Shown here: piece by piece, positions 13,641-27,665 of the stretch | How positions within the stretch are numbered: position 1 is the stretch's first letter | Layout: each line of letters opens with the position of its first letter | Assembly (NCBI GenBank): GCA_030324005.1 | Contig: JARDVH010000143.1 | Location: 40,161,470 to 40,225,469 of the forward strand | Length of the DNA stretch: 64,000 nucleotides | From: Negaprion brevirostris | Taxonomy: Eukaryota | Reading direction: 5' to 3' | Notes under the pieces: model-generated | Told to the model about the DNA's origin: nothing | The model's input: only the letters and a program-made list of their open reading frames with translations | Database searches by the model: none | Translations under genes and position numbers: made by a program

Positions 13641-15882
13641 AAACTTGAATAATTGGCATGTCATTTTGCATAATGCTCAGATTATTTTTGTTTGTAACTA
13701 CTGTTGTTAAAAATTGTTATTCTTTGAATGAGAAAGTTAATCAGTTTATGCTCCACTTAAGCCTCCTCCCAAGTCGTCTTGCAGCTCTAACTATCAGCAC
13801 AGTCCTCAATCCTCGTGTTTTTCTATTTTCTATTTCAATGCATCTATACCATCATCTCAACCATTTCCTATGGTTTCCCTTTCCCAGCTAAACAGGTATG
13901 AAGCATGCCATTCTTTTGTCCTTCTCCACTCGCACTCTAAAAGGGGGAAAAAACAGGTCAAAATGCTCTTTTTGTATCTCTGGATTGTCTGCAGTCTATT
14001 GCTTTGATAGTTAGTCAATTTCCATATCATTTAACGGACATGTGGCTACCAGTTTCTTTTGGAAGACTTGTAAAAAAACAACAGCATGTCCCCAAGTTAT
14101 GCACATTAGAACCGATCAATGGTAAAATAATGTTTTGCATCTTTTAACTCATATATTTTCTAATGCAGATTGTTATGGAGGTACACAGATCTGATCATGA
14201 ACACTCTGCTTAGTTATTAACAATTACTAAATCTCAGTACAGAAAACCAATGCTGAGTGTTTTCATATTTGCCTTGAATCTAGATATGGTACAATTAAAA
14301 ATATTTCAAATGTTCACTGTCTAAAAGCCATCAACAATGTGGATGGATATTGAGCAGGAGAGGGCAAAGATGAAAATAAAATGGAGAAAATGATAATGGA
14401 TTGAGCATTTCTGGAAAATCCCAAATTTATGTAGATGGAATCTTCAGAGATAAAGCCCGAACAAACCAAAAGCAGTTGGTCTAGAACTGCAGATGCTGAA
14501 GTAAAGACTCGGGTCATTTGGTTTATCAAAACGAAGATTATTGCCAAAAAATAATATAAGTCCTGTACTCTGCAGAGTGGTAAGATGGACAGAAAAATTC
14601 CAACTTGTTAATTTGCACCTGAGAGAAATCTAGTTTTCCTATGTTTGAGTTTTTGCTCTCCTTTTTTTAATGTGAATCTTTATGGATTTAAAACAGTGAA
14701 AAGGGTGTTGTCAGATTCACTAGGATGTTCTTAAGGTTGAGGGATTCATTTTCAAGTTATTTGAGTCATTATGGCTTTGGATGAAACCGAAAGGTCATGA
14801 CTTCATATTCCACCATAACAAATAATGCAATTGAATTCAATCTGGAAACTGCAAGTTGCGGTCAGAAACATTCATTTGGAAAGTTGGAGTGTCTTGGAAA
14901 ATTTAATTTATTCACTTAATATCCTTCAGGAAAGGAAACGTGCCACCTCTAACCAGTCTGACTCCAGTCCCACACTGCATACTTGATTTTTAATGCCTTG
15001 CTACTGTCACCCACATTCTAAGTAGAATTTTTTTCAATTGTACGTTGACCACAAACTCTGTATTCTTTAGCGTATAGATAATAAAGGGATGTGGGAGATA
15101 TAATTGGATGCTGGTTTTCAGCTTTCAATGTATAATTTTATCCAGCGAACAGTACTTGAATTGGAGGCAGGCAATGCAGCCTTCAAACTTTGTTTAACAA
15201 CACAGTTGTCAGTGGACTGCAAGGAAAACGCCTCAGAATATGCAGTGTGAATTTCAGACAACAGTCTTAATATTCCCTGTAGTTTAGATGTTGCACAGTG
15301 TTAACAGTCTCAAATAGCTATATTATTGGATAGCCAGGGGACTAACCCTGTTGACAGGGTATCTCTGGAGCAGATGTACCATTGGCTGATGCAACAAGGG
15401 AGGTAACCACACTTAGCACCAAGAGGCAGCAGGCTCGAAGCTTAAGTTGTTTGGCAATAGACATGAAGTTCTATGCTTAAGACAGAGTAGGGTCCTGGCG
15501 TACCAAAAACCACAGTTAAAAATGTATGCATGTGCCTTGACCTACACGAACCAAGATCAGTCCTGATTCATTCTCTAACATTGCCACATGTCCTGTTTAG
15601 TTGTCTCCCAATCATCAGTAGGATTAAAGATCAGAAATGGTGCAAGTAGATTAGCACGTTTTCCTCCAAAAGGAATCGCATTAAAGAAAAACCTTTGCAC
15701 AAGATGATTGGAATTTTCTATTTGAGCGCAGTCAGATCTTTTTAGCCTTGAGTTAAGATGCTTAAAGGTAGCTTTCAAATTCAAAATCTGGCATGTTTCA
15801 TTTGTGAAAGCCTTAGAAAGCGTGCAACCCCATGATGTGCTTCCAGCCATACAACTAGACCATTACTAAGGCATTATCATCT

Positions 15883-16185
15883 TAACATAAGAAGTAGGAG
15901 CAGGAGTAGGCCATCTAGCCCTTCGAGCCTGCCCCGCCATTCAATAAGATCATGGNNNNNNNNNNNNNNNNNNNNNNNNNNNNNNNNNNNNNNNNNNNNN
16001 NNNNNNNNNNNNNNNNNNNNNNNNNNNNNNNNNNNNNNNNNNNNNNNNNNNNNNNGTGTCATCAGCAAATTTCGTCACCCTACACTCAGCCCCCTCCTCC
16101 AGATCATCTATATAAATGGTAAATAGCTGAGGGCCCAGCACCGATCCCTGCGGCACTCCACTAGTCACCAACCGCCATCCAGAAT
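15883..16185 (-). mobile_element. Young CR1-type LINE (RT fragment plus 3' tail, gapped)
   Basis: [42 protein letters not shown]: canonical RT motifs. Confidence 0.9.
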
Positions 16186-16505
16186 AGCAGAACAAAGAAA
16201 CGTACGGTACAGGAACAGGCCCTTTGGCCCTCCAAGCTTGTGCTGATCATGATGTCCTAACTAAACTAACAAAAAACCTTCTGCCCTTGGTCCGTATCCA
16301 CTATTCCCTCCCTATTCATGTACTCATCCAGATGCTTCTTAAATATTGCTAATATGCCTGCTCCCACCACCTCTCGCAGCGCGTTCCAGGTACCCACTAT
16401 TCTCTGTGAAAAACTTACCCTGCACATCTCCCTTAAACTTCCACCTACACCTTGAATTTGTGCTGCCTTGTAATTGACACTTCCACCCTTGGACAAAGCC
16501 TTTCA
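16186..16505 (-). mobile_element. CR1-type LINE 3' end of a second subfamily
   Basis: FSQRIVGTWNAL.EVVGAG.LAIFKKHLDEYM: CR1 ORF2 C-terminus. Confidence 0.75.
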
Positions 16506-17089
16506 CCAGATCTGACTACACTATACATTTGTCTGCCTTACGTTCTACAATTTGAACTGGAAGTCATCCAAAACTTTCTTTGTATACCAAGCCTCATTCA
16601 CCCAGAATCCCAATACACACTAGATTGTTGGCACCTGGTTAAACAATGACTTGATGTTAAAATGCTCAAACTCTTAATGGCATCATCCCTCGCTAACTCT
16701 GATTTTGTCCAGTCCTACAAGTCTCCAAAATATCAAACTTCTTCATTTCTGGCCTCTTGAGTTTCTCCATTTTAATTTTCCGCCATTGGTGTCCATGCTT
16801 TTAGCTGCCAAAGCAAGAGCCTTCCCCAGACAGTTCCCCCTGCTCTTTTTTAAGATGCTCCTTATAATTTTTTTTGCATGGCTTGATGTCAAATTTTGAT
16901 AAGTTTTATACCAGTGCCTTCAAGCAACTTTAGAAGCTTTACCATATTAAAGATGCACGTGGGTAAGTATTACTTTTCAAAGACCTCGAGGCTTTGGTAA
17001 AGTAAAAGAACATTTAAAATTATTTTGTGAATCCGATTTTAGAAGATGGTTTCTACTGGATTACATTTGTTTACTTATTTCCATGTTAG

Positions 17090-17204
17090 ATTAAACGAAG
17101 TAACCGATACGAACAAGAAAGTGGAGCACGACATTAAAGTTGCCATCTTCACTCTCATTAATGAGATCAACAAAAAGGGCAAGAATCTATTGCAGCAGCT
17201 AGAG
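17090..17204 (+). CDS. TRIM33: TRIM33 coding exon (coiled-coil): [38 protein letters not shown]
   Basis: ttag acceptor, GAG|gtatga donor, 115 nt, phase compatible with the previous exon; contains the [17 protein letters not shown] motif. Absent from the ORF track. Confidence 0.95.
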
Positions 17205-17295
17205 GTATGATGTAGTCAACGTTTGCACAGTAATTATATTCTACTGCTGCTGGACATTGCCTCACATTGACTGTCCTTCACTGCTTTTTCTACAG

Positions 17296-17442
17296 AATGT
17301 GACAAAAGAGAGGCAGATAAAATTACTGCAGCAGCAACAGGATGTCACCAGTCTTGCAAGACAGGTGGAGCATGTGATGAACTTTGCCAAGTGGGCCATT
17401 TCCAGTGGAAGCAGCACAGCACTACTTTACAGCAAGCGATTG
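17296..17442 (+). CDS. TRIM33: TRIM33 coding exon (coiled-coil): [49 protein letters not shown]
   Basis: tttttctacag acceptor, TTG|gtaagg donor, 147 nt, preceded by a 91-nt intron; [13 protein letters not shown] motif. Confidence 0.96.
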
Positions 17443-18049
17443 GTAAGGCAGTCACATCTTTAAGTTATGTCCTTGATGCAGGAAGTGTAGCTTCCTATAA
17501 TGGAAACATTAAGCTGCTAACCCATGGTATGTTGATGAGGGAGAAATGAAATAAAGTGGCAGGAGGTTTGTGTGGAGCATCAGCAGCTGCTGGGCTGTAT
17601 TGCGTTTCGATGCTGTTAATTGATAGATAACCGATAATCAAAATTAAGACTGCAAAACCAGTTGCTGGTAGAAAGTAATTTTTCTAGAGCTTAGTAGAAA
17701 CTTAATGTTATGTATATGCATGTTTATAATTATTATAATCTGAATATGGAAAGACAGGCCAGAAACTTTGTTTTTATGATCACCATGAAAGGATATAAAT
17801 ATTGGGGCAAAGTGATTTCCTAACTGCTATATACTATTGTATGGATGTGCCCAACCAATAGATTTAGAAAAAAATGCAGTCAGGTTAACGTGGAAGCCAT
17901 CAAGCAAGATAACTTAAGCAGTCAAGAAAATAATTTTGATTATTTGAAGTAAATTTATGCTTCTGTTCAAAAGATGAAATACAGACTGCCATACTACACA
18001 AGATATACTGAATAAAGTCCTACACTCGCAAGTGAGAATCACCGGTTTA

Positions 18050-18565
18050 AATGTCATGAGCAAGCACTGGTTTCTTTTAGCAGCAGTCTATGCAAGACAT
18101 CAATTATAGCCACACTTGGTGGAAAAGGTATATTTGACAGACTGCATTTGGTCTCGAAATTACAAAAAGGATATAAAGATACTGAAGTTGATGTGAAAGA
18201 GGTTTACAAAGATGATATCAGATGTAAGAGTGTCCTGCTACCATTAAAGGCCAAACTTGCAAAGGCATCTTTCCTCCAGAAAATAAAGGCAGAAGGATGA
18301 TTGAATCGTTGAAATTAAATGGCTTGATATGGTAGTTGTAGAGAATTTTTCTGCTAGACGTGGTGTTTGGATCCATAGGTCATAGTTACAGGATAATGAC
18401 TGTTAAATCCAATAGGAAATTCTGGAGAAACCTCTGGTGATTAGAATATGGAACTTGCTGCCAAATGGAATAGATAAGGTGAATAACCGATATCTTTTGA
18501 GGGGAATTTAGGTAACAACATAACAAAGGAATAGAAGGTTAACCAGATTTAGGAGGTTTTTGTGA
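18050..18565 (+). mobile_element. Very old CR1-type LINE 3' remnant
   Basis: tttggtctc..aattacaaaaaggatata and agaatatggaacttgctgcca remnants. Confidence 0.5.
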
Positions 18566-19929
18566 AATACCAATTGGTGTTCACTGTTGAATCTTCCCCA
18601 TGACACACCTATACAACTGTAGTATGCACCTACAATATAGCAACCCACCTGCACATTAAGTATTGTCAGGCTCGTTCTGCAATGCTTCGAGATAGAGTAA
18701 GTTTGTGTGTGGGGGATCAATCAACCATATTGGCCTATTAAGTTAAAGGAGGAGGTAACTTGCTTTACAGTCGGTTGTTTCATTCCCATGACTGTTTCGT
18801 TGGGGTATAAAGCATGCTATACTTAAATTGTAATTGCACAGTTTGCCTTCATTAAAGAAATACTTGCATTTACCTCGTGCCTTTTGTGGTTTTAGGACAC
18901 CTGAGAGAATGCTTTACAGCCAATGAAGTACTTTGAAGTAGTCACTGTCACAATACGTATAGTGGGAGATGTATTCACTGAGAATATTTTGGAACATTTT
19001 TAAGAGAAGGTGTACTATAGATGGCACTNNNNNNNNNNNNNNNNNNNNNNNNNNNNNNNNNNNNNNNNNNNNNNNNNNNNNNNNNNNNNNNNNNNNNNNN
19101 NNNNNNNNNNNNNNGGCCCTCTTTGCAATGGTACTCAGGATGTTTTGACCAAATGGAGAGACAGAATTCTTCATCTCTTAGTAAGGATCACTGAAAAGGT
19201 GAGAGTAATTGGGGGTGGGCAATAAATGCTGGCCTAACCATGGAAGTCCACATCTCTTGGATGAATAAAGAAAACATTTCAGATGGGAATATTGTTGAAT
19301 CATATGCCCTACCTCAAGGTTAGTTCAAGCAACATTCACTATAGTAAGTGGTAACCATTTATAAACCCAAATAGGGGATTTGCTCTTCTCCAGCATCCGC
19401 TTGAGGTCAGTTTGAAACCTAAGTTGTGTTTAGGTTCATGTAGTTATTTTGGTTTTTCATTACCAGTTTGGCATTTAGGTCACTGGATGAACTTTATGCA
19501 TGCATTTGGAAAAGCATTAATTGATCATATTTTGGATCTTAATTCTTAAATTCTTGCACTCCAGTTAATCGTCTTCAACTGCAAGTTTCTTTCTTGCATG
19601 GAAAACTACTTTTGTTTTAGTTTTGACTTGTAACAACATTGAATTGCAAGGCCACATTAGGATTAGATGTAATTGGTAATCTTGGCAGGCTTTGTGATGC
19701 CTGTAGAGTTATAAAAAGGCAATGTCCGGTTTTATTTGAATTAACACATTACCTTATTGTTTTATCCAATGCCACATAATTCAGAACTGGACCTCATTAT
19801 ATGAATGTTCTCAGAAACTTAAGATGCATATTTTGTACAGCAATTTGTGCTAATTTCCAATGGTGCAAGAAGTTAAAACAAACTGTTGAATTGGTACTAG
19901 GAGAATAATTGAATACTTAGAATACTTTA

Positions 19930-20272
19930 GCGAGGCAGTGCTCGACAGACTGGAGGTTCTGATTGTGGACAAGTCCCCAGGACCGGATGGAATGCATCCA
20001 AGGGTTCTTAAAGAAATGACAGAGGTGATAGTGGATGCCTTGGTGATTATTTTCCAAACGTCGCTGGATTCCGGGGAAGTGCCGGAAGATTGGAAANNNN
20101 NNNNNNNNNNNNNNNNNNNNNNNNNNNNNNNNNNNNNNNNNNNNNNNNNNNNNNNNNNNNNNNNNNNNNNNNNNNNNNNNNNNNNNNNNNNNNNNNCCAT
20201 GATCTTATTGAATGGCGGGGCAGGCTCGAGGGGCTACATGGCCTACTCCTGCTCCTATTTCTTATGTTCTTA
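19930..20272 (+). mobile_element. Young CR1-type LINE fragment (gapped) with 3' tail
   Basis: DKSPGPDGMHPRVLKE...IIFQTSLDSGEVPEDWK plus the shared tail. Confidence 0.9.
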
Positions 20273-22965
20273 ATGCAACACAGAAAGAAGCTCCCAAGGA
20301 GCAAGTTAAATGTCATTCTAACTGTTCAACAGTTGGTGCTTGGATATTTCTCACAGTTTCCAATTCATAATGTGGGTTAAAAAAACAATTTCAAGCAATC
20401 CTTAGACATTTCCAGTGTACACTTAAGTGAAGCAGGTAACACCATTGGCAGATTTACAAAGAGTGTATGCATTAGTCTGTAAAATATTCTTTGCCTGTAT
20501 GTGGATGATGTGCAAAGAAGATGCTAGATTATTTACATGTACAGTGACCATTTTCAATCGATGTGACTCATCCATGCCAATAGAGGTATAGTAGGAGTTA
20601 GAGGGGGTTGGGAGAGGCCATTTTGCGATTAGCTAATTTGACTTTGTCTTGAGACTAACACTAACTTTTCTTTACATTAATTCAGTATAGATTACAATTA
20701 CCAAATTATTTCTCAGCATTCTAAGCATTAGTCAGTGGTGTTGTGGGCAATATGTGGCACAGCCTTCAGATTAGCTGAAGAAAATTAGTTGCCATCTTCT
20801 CTTCCTCTTTCACCACCAAGCCCCCCTCCATCTCCTCAATATGATTTTATTATATAGTTCTCTTATTATTTTGTATTTTGCTGTGCAGCAACATGTGATT
20901 TGATCTCAAATTGTTTTTGCAGCTGTTGTGAAATTAAAATTTAAGGATACTTTATTCTCTAGTAGTTGGATGTAGTTTTTGGAGACTGCTGCATCAGGTT
21001 ATTTTAATGAGTTTCTAACCAGTATTTTGGATCATGTCTGTGATTTTAACTGGCCTGTATTTTTATAGTGTTGGAAGTGCATCATGCAAATGCACAATTC
21101 ATAATACTGCACCAGCTAAGCTTGGAAGATTCTCCATTTGTCTAACAGCCCATCCATTCTTTTAAATTTCACAAATGTTTATAGTTACAAGTCAACACCA
21201 TTGATCTTAATCTGATGCAATGCTGCTATCAGCCAATTTAAAATGATCGTGGTTACAGGTCTGTAATTCTGTTGTTAACCAACTGAGACAATTCTGCTTA
21301 ATGTCCATATTGGGGAACTTCCANNNNNNNNNNNNNNNNNNNNNNNNNNNNNNNNNNNNNNNNNNNNNNNNNNNNNNNNNNNNNNNNNNNNNNNNNNNNN
21401 NNNNNNNNNNNNNNNNNNNNNNNNNNNNNNNNNNNNNNNNNNNNNNNNNNNNNNNNNNNNNNNNNNNNNNNNNNNNNNNNNNNNNNNNNNNNNNNNNNNN
21501 NNNNNNNNNNNNNNNNNNNNNNNNNNNNNNNNNNNNNNNNNNNNNNNNNNNNNNNNNNNNNNNNNNNNNNNNNNNNNNNNNNNNNNNNNNNNNNNNNNNN
21601 NNNNNNNNNNNNNNNNNNNNNNNNNNNNNNNNNNNNNNNNNNNNNNNNNNNNNNNNNNNNNNNNNNNNNNNNNNNNNNNNNNNNNNNNNNNNNNNNNNNN
21701 NNNNNNNNNNNNNNNNNNNNNNNNNNNNNNNNNNNNNNNNNNNNNNNNNNNNNNNNNNNNNNNNNNNNNNNNNNNNNNNNNNNNNNNNNNNNNNNNNNNN
21801 NNNNNNNNNNNNNNNNNNNNNNNNNNNNNNNNNNNNNNNNNNNNNNNNNNNNNNNNNNNNNNNNNNNNNNNNNNNNNNNNNNNNNNNNNNNNNNNNNNNN
21901 NNNNNNNNNNNNNNNNNNNNNNNNNNNNNNNNNNNNNNNNNNNNNNNNNNNNNNNNNNNNNNNNNNNNNNNNNNNNNNNNNNNNNNNNNNNNNNNNNNNN
22001 NNNNNNNNNNNNNNNNNNNNNNNNNNNNNNNNNNNNNNNNNNNNNNNNNNNNNNNNNNNNNNNNNNNNNNNNNNNNNNNNNNNNNNNNNNNNNNNNNNNN
22101 NNNNNNNNNNNNNNNNNNNNNNNNNNNNNNNNNNNNNNNNNNNNNNNNNNNNNNNNNNNNNNNNNNNNNNNNNNNNNNNNNNNNNNNNNNNNNNNNNNNN
22201 NNNNNNNNNNNNNNNNNNNNNNNNNNNNNNNNNNNNNNNNNNNNNNNNNGTGATGAAAGCAGCAATAGATGAGGTTTTTATCTGCCTCTCTGAATTTATT
22301 TGAACAAGTGCAAGCTGTTTATTTTCCATTGAGAGGCTTCTTTATTAAATGCTCCATTTGACGTATCCCACATTTTCAAAAGTGATACTGGATAGAATAA
22401 TTCTTTGGCAGCGCCCAGTGACAAAGATAGATGACATGTTTTTATCGGATCATAATTCTTCGAAAGGAAGCATTCTCCGTTTGTCTCATGGGTCTCTCCT
22501 CTTCCTCATTAGTCCTAGATCAACATGTTTGACCTATAGACTGTGATGACTCCCTTCTACAAAAGGCAATTAGCTAATTTGACTTTGTAGTTTCCACCTA
22601 AAAAGCATTTATTTCCTTTGATTTTGTAATTCTGCTGGCTAGTCATGGTTGAGTGTTGGATGCTAGTTAGAGTTTTGCATTAACCTCCTTTGTTCATATA
22701 CCTAATGATCAATGTCTATTTTCAGTTTCTTTGGGGACTTATGCACATTAAAAAAATGTTTTATAAATAACAGTAGGAGCACTGGTAGATTGAGTCCAGT
22801 GTGATTGGTTGCAAGGCAAATCTTGTTGAACTTTTAAGAAAAAAATTCCTGGAAGATCAATACCTGTGGCAAGAATCTATTACCATTTTGGGTCTTTGAC
22901 CTTGCATTTCTCTTTTCGGTGCTGGTGGAAAATGGAAGGGGGCAGGAAGAACTAGTTTTTTAATA

Positions 22966-23258
22966 GAATCCCTACAGAAGGAGGCCATTCAGCCCATCGA
23001 GCCTTCACCAACAATCCTACTGAGGCTTTATTCTTGAAACCCCAAATATTTATCCTGCTAATCCCCCTAACATGAAAGGGCAATTTAGTGTGGCCAGTCC
23101 ACTTAACCTCCACACCTTTGAACTGTGGAGGGAACCAGAGCACCACACAGACATGGGAAAAGTATGCAACCTCCATAGGGTTAACCCAAGGCAGGAATTG
23201 AACCTGGGTCTCTGGCGCTGAGAGGCAGCAGTGCTAATCACTGTGCCACCATGCTGCC
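22966..23258 (-). mobile_element. HE1-like (V-SINE type) tRNA-derived SINE, near full length
   Basis: Minus strand: ggcagcatggtggcacagtgattagcac (A box), ggttcaattcc (B box), central conserved core and LINE-derived tail. Confidence 0.8.
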
Positions 23259-24029
23259 ATTTTGTAATATGGTGATGGAGATTAAGTAACAGAAGACTTC
23301 ATGATGCAATAACCAACAAGAGTAGTAATAGCTATGGTAAAGAAACTGAAGGTTACCTCTAAATGCAGCGTGAGTGACTATGTAAATTCTGAATGCAGCA
23401 TGAAGGGATACAAGAAGAAACCAGACAAGTCCAAACCAGTAAAACAAATAGAGAAAAGCAAAACAGAACAATATGGAGGTAAAGGCTATGATCTACAGCT
23501 GTTGAATTCTGAGAGTCCAGAAGGTTCACACCCTGATGTGCTTTAATCTCAATGTCAGAAAGCATTGTTGATCAGTAGTTTTTTTGAAAATGTGGGAATC
23601 TAAAATGGCAACCTTTGTCCTATTATTTACATTTCAATTATTATCAAACAATAATCCTTTTAAGCAGCTGGAAATCCTAAATTGTAGATCTAAAAATGAA
23701 ATCCGAGCTGTGATAAATGCTTTTGTTCAGCATTCCCATAAGCAGACTTTGCATATCCTATGAATTGGAGTATACCTTTGCTCCACAATATCTGGTTAAA
23801 CAATAAGGGTGATTCAAACCCCCAACAATATGATGGTTCCTGTGTACTGAGTACTGTAATCTCTTCTGCCATGTTGTTATCCAGCCTTTTGGAAGGTGAA
23901 CTGAAAAACGATTTGGAGAGATTAAGTGCAATAATAAACTACAAATTTGTTCTTATACATGAAATAATTAAATAATCAGACTATAAATTTTGCAGCAAGA
24001 TTTGCATATTACCTGTTGCCTTTTGTACT

Positions 24030-25335
24030 ACACCATAAGGCGCAAGAGCAGAAGTTGGCCACTTAACCCATTCTTGCCAGAGCTTGCTCTGATATGATAA
24101 TCCTCAACTCCACTTTCCTGCCTTATCCCCATAACCCTTGATTCCCTGATTTGGTTAGGAATTTGTCTGTCTTGGCCTTGAGCATACTTAATCACCCAAC
24201 CTCTACGACCCTCTGTGGTAAATAATTTCACAGACTTACTACCCTCAGAATAAATTTTTCCTCATATCCATCTTAAATGGGTGCCTCCTTACTTTGAGAN
24301 NNNNNNNNNAATTTGTCAAGCTCCCGATAATCCTATATGTCACAAAGTCACCCCTCATTCTTCTAAACTCAAATGAGTGGAAGCCTAACCTACCCAAGTA
24401 CTTCTCATAAAATCTGTCCATACTCCAGATCAACCTAGTGAACCTTATCCGGACTGCCTCCAAGGTCAGTACATTGCGTCTTGGGTAGGGACCCTAACTG
24501 TTCACAGGATTCCAGGTGTGAACCAGCTAATGCTTTGAATCATCTTAGTAAGACTTCCATATTTTTGTACTCCATTCCTTTTGAAATGAAGGCCGACTTT
24601 CCATTTGCCTTCCTTACAACCTGCTGAGCTTGCATGCTAGCTTTTTGTGATTTATGCATGAGCAATCCACCAAATCATTCCGTACTGCAGCTTTCTGCAG
24701 TCTTTCTTCATTTAAATAATATTCTACTCCTTTATGCACTCTGGTAGGAAGAATAATTTTTTTCCTACATTATATTCCATCTGCCAAATTTTTGCCCACT
24801 CAGCTGACCTGCCTATATCCCTCTGTAAACACTCTCATCTTACCACTTGTCTTCCCACCTATTTTTGTCATCTGCAAACTTGGCAATGAATTCATTTCTC
24901 TCATTCAAGTCATTGATTACATGTTGTAAATAATTACAACACTGATCCCTGTGGCACTCCACTGATTGCAGGTTCCTATCCTGAAAATGCCCCTCTTATC
25001 CCAGCTCTGTCTTCCGTTTGTTAGCAAATCCTCTGTCCATTCTAATATACTACCCCCAACACTTTGGGCTCTTAAATGGCCTTTTAAATGGTAGTTCATT
25101 GAACATTTCTTGGAATTCAAATACATTGCATCTACTTGTTCCCCTATACCTGCGTGTTACCACCTCAGAACTCTGAGAAATTTGTCAAGCATGATTTTTC
25201 CCTTTGTGAAGCCACATTGACTCTGCTTGTTTAAATGTTCTGCTATTATATTCTTTATAATGGACTCTAGCCTTTTCCCCAATGTCTGATGTTAAACTAA
25301 CTGGCTTATAGTACACGTTTTTTCTCCTTGAACTG
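24030..25335 (-). mobile_element. Decayed CR1-type LINE 3' ~1.3 kb
   Basis: Remnants YKPVSLTS, gagtgccacagggatcagtg (GVPQGSV), RFTRLI..RLG..S.EFRRMRGD. Confidence 0.8.
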
Positions 25336-25539
25336 TAATTGCTGCCTTTTTTATGTTTGTGTACATTGTCCCCATTCCTATCATTACATAAATAGCTGAC
25401 TTGTAAAGCTTCCACATCCTTTTGCTTGTCTTTTTAAAATAAAATCATGGAAAGATATGCAATACTCTTTTTTTTTAAATTCACTTGGAAACAGTCATTG
25501 AACTGACTGGCACTAATCTACCTTACATTCTTCGATAAT

Positions 25540-25902
25540 GTGACTGAACACATTGACGAAGGAAGTGCCGTGGACGTATTGTACATGGACTTCAGCAAGG
25601 CGTTTGATAAGGTCCCCCATGCAAGACTTCTTGACAAGGTGAGGGAGCATGGGATCCAAGGGCCTTTGGCCTTGTGGATCCAGAACTGGCTTGCCTGCAG
25701 AAGGCAGAGAGTGGTTGTGGATGNNNNNNNNNNNNNNNNNNNNNNNNNNNNNNNNNNNNNNNNNNNNNNNNNNNNNNNNNNNNNNNNNNNNNNNNNNNNN
25801 NNNNNNNNNNNNNNNNNNNNNNNTATAGATTGGTAGGTGTTGATGTGATCGGCACAACTCGTGGGCCGAAGGGCCTGTTTGTGCTGTAGTGTTCTATGTT
25901 AT
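25540..25902 (+). mobile_element. CR1-type LINE RT fragment (gapped) with 3' tail
   Basis: IDEGSAVDVLYMDFSKAFDKVPHARLL..V..HGIQG.LA.WIQNWL..RRQRVVV. Confidence 0.9.
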
Positions 25903-27547
25903 GACCTACATGTGAATTAACAAGCCACCTGTAGTTGAAAACACCACATTACACAATAATTGCAATAAGAGTCCATGGATTTCACCACACTCACCTAAAT
26001 GTCAGTGACACTAGGAATCAACTAATCTCACTTGAGGGATTCGCGTCATTACCTACAGAAATCTAACCTGACATTCTCTCCAAAAGTTGCTTCAACCTGA
26101 CCAAGCTTTCAATCGCATCTCCTGAGATTCTGTCCCTTGAATTCATGAGCATGCACTCGAGCAGTAAATCACGAGCACGATTTCAACTCTTTGGCTGTGC
26201 CAAGCAGATCGCTACTATTCTTAAAAAGGTACCTTTTCTGCCGAATGGCTCATAGCAGTGAGTTTCCAACATTTTTTGCATTACTTAGGGCTTCTACTGA
26301 GTTTTCATTTAAGGTCTGCTACCCATGGCTCTTTTCCTGTTGTAGCCTATTTCTCTGCTCCACATTTTTGCCAAATTGGCACCTATTTTTGTCTCTGACC
26401 TTCCTCTGGGATCTTTGGACCTTTCCTTGTCCCCTCTTCTTTTGGGACATTTTCCTGTTCTCTGCCTGGGACATTAGCCTTGCAAGGCATACTGGGCTCA
26501 AAGATCATAGAAATTGCACATGTGCAGCCTACTCCAGGGCTGCACATTTGCTAAAGCTCCAAGATCTGTCAGTTATTGAAGTTCCTGACCTCCACACACA
26601 AGGTAAGTATAGCTTTCATATCAAAAAAGGATAGAGCAACAAAACAAAGCTGAAATAACCCATCAGAGCATTCCCTTTATATACAATTGTATCTCTGCTA
26701 AGAGTTCTTCAGCTACAACGTTAGAATCTGGAGTGCCTGTAGCCCTGATACTCAATGTATATACAGGTGAGACCTCCCTGATTGAGGTAATGATTGCCTA
26801 TTCAATCAGGGAGCTCATACTCCGAGGCCAACCTCCTGGGACTTGAGGTCATTACATGAGCATAGAGAGACAGAGGTTGATTGTTGACTGTTTTCTCAGC
26901 TCTGTATAAATCAACTCCTAGAATAAGAAACTTGTATAATTTTGAATTGGGAATAATGGCAAACTAAACATCGTCTCTGGAATGTGCTGGGTGATTACCG
27001 TTCTTAAAATGGACCCAAATGAGAACTGTGTTATTGGTTTCGGCTGGTATGCCAGTTAATGGTCTTAATCCAGAAAGTTGGCTTCTATGGAACTTGGTTC
27101 TGTGACTCTCTCATGTCATCGTAATAATATAACACATTAAACCATAATCTTCTCCAAGTCAAATGGGTAAAAATCTCCATGTTACAGCTATTCATTTTTA
27201 CCCCATTTTAATATTGGGTGTCTGTCACAGGGCGACATTATTAAATGCTGAAACCAAAGAAGCTAAATGAGTGCAAAAAAGACCTGTTACAATATCAAGA
27301 AGGGGCCAGATGATTGAGTAAACCGAATTGATTGCCTTCCTCCATCACCCAAAAAAAACTTCAACCCCAATTCGAATATTTGAAACTACCAAATAACATT
27401 TTTTTAAGTAGATTTGCTTTGATTTTGTTTTAAGTGGATAAGCTTTGATTTGCACAAGTTGATGGCAGACATTTATATGGAAGTTTGGTTAAACTGAGCA
27501 TCACAAATACTGAATTGAAAAATTGTTCATTGATTTATGTTTTTCAG

Positions 27548-27665
27548 ATTACCTTTCAGTTGCGACATATCCTTAGGGCACGCTGTGACCCTGTCCCAGC
27601 TGCTAATGGTGGGATGCGCTTTCACTGTGATCCCACTTTCTGGGCAAAAAATGTTGTGAATTTAG
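27548..27665 (+). CDS. TRIM33: TRIM33 coding exon: [39 protein letters not shown](G)
   Basis: tttttcag acceptor, TAG|gtaagg donor, 118 nt; [27 protein letters not shown] is TRIM33-typical. Confidence 0.96.

Noticed and set aside
23180-23258. tRNA-like A/B boxes (also 52936, 58285, 61650-61737)
   Set aside because: These are SINE heads, not cloverleaf tRNA genes.
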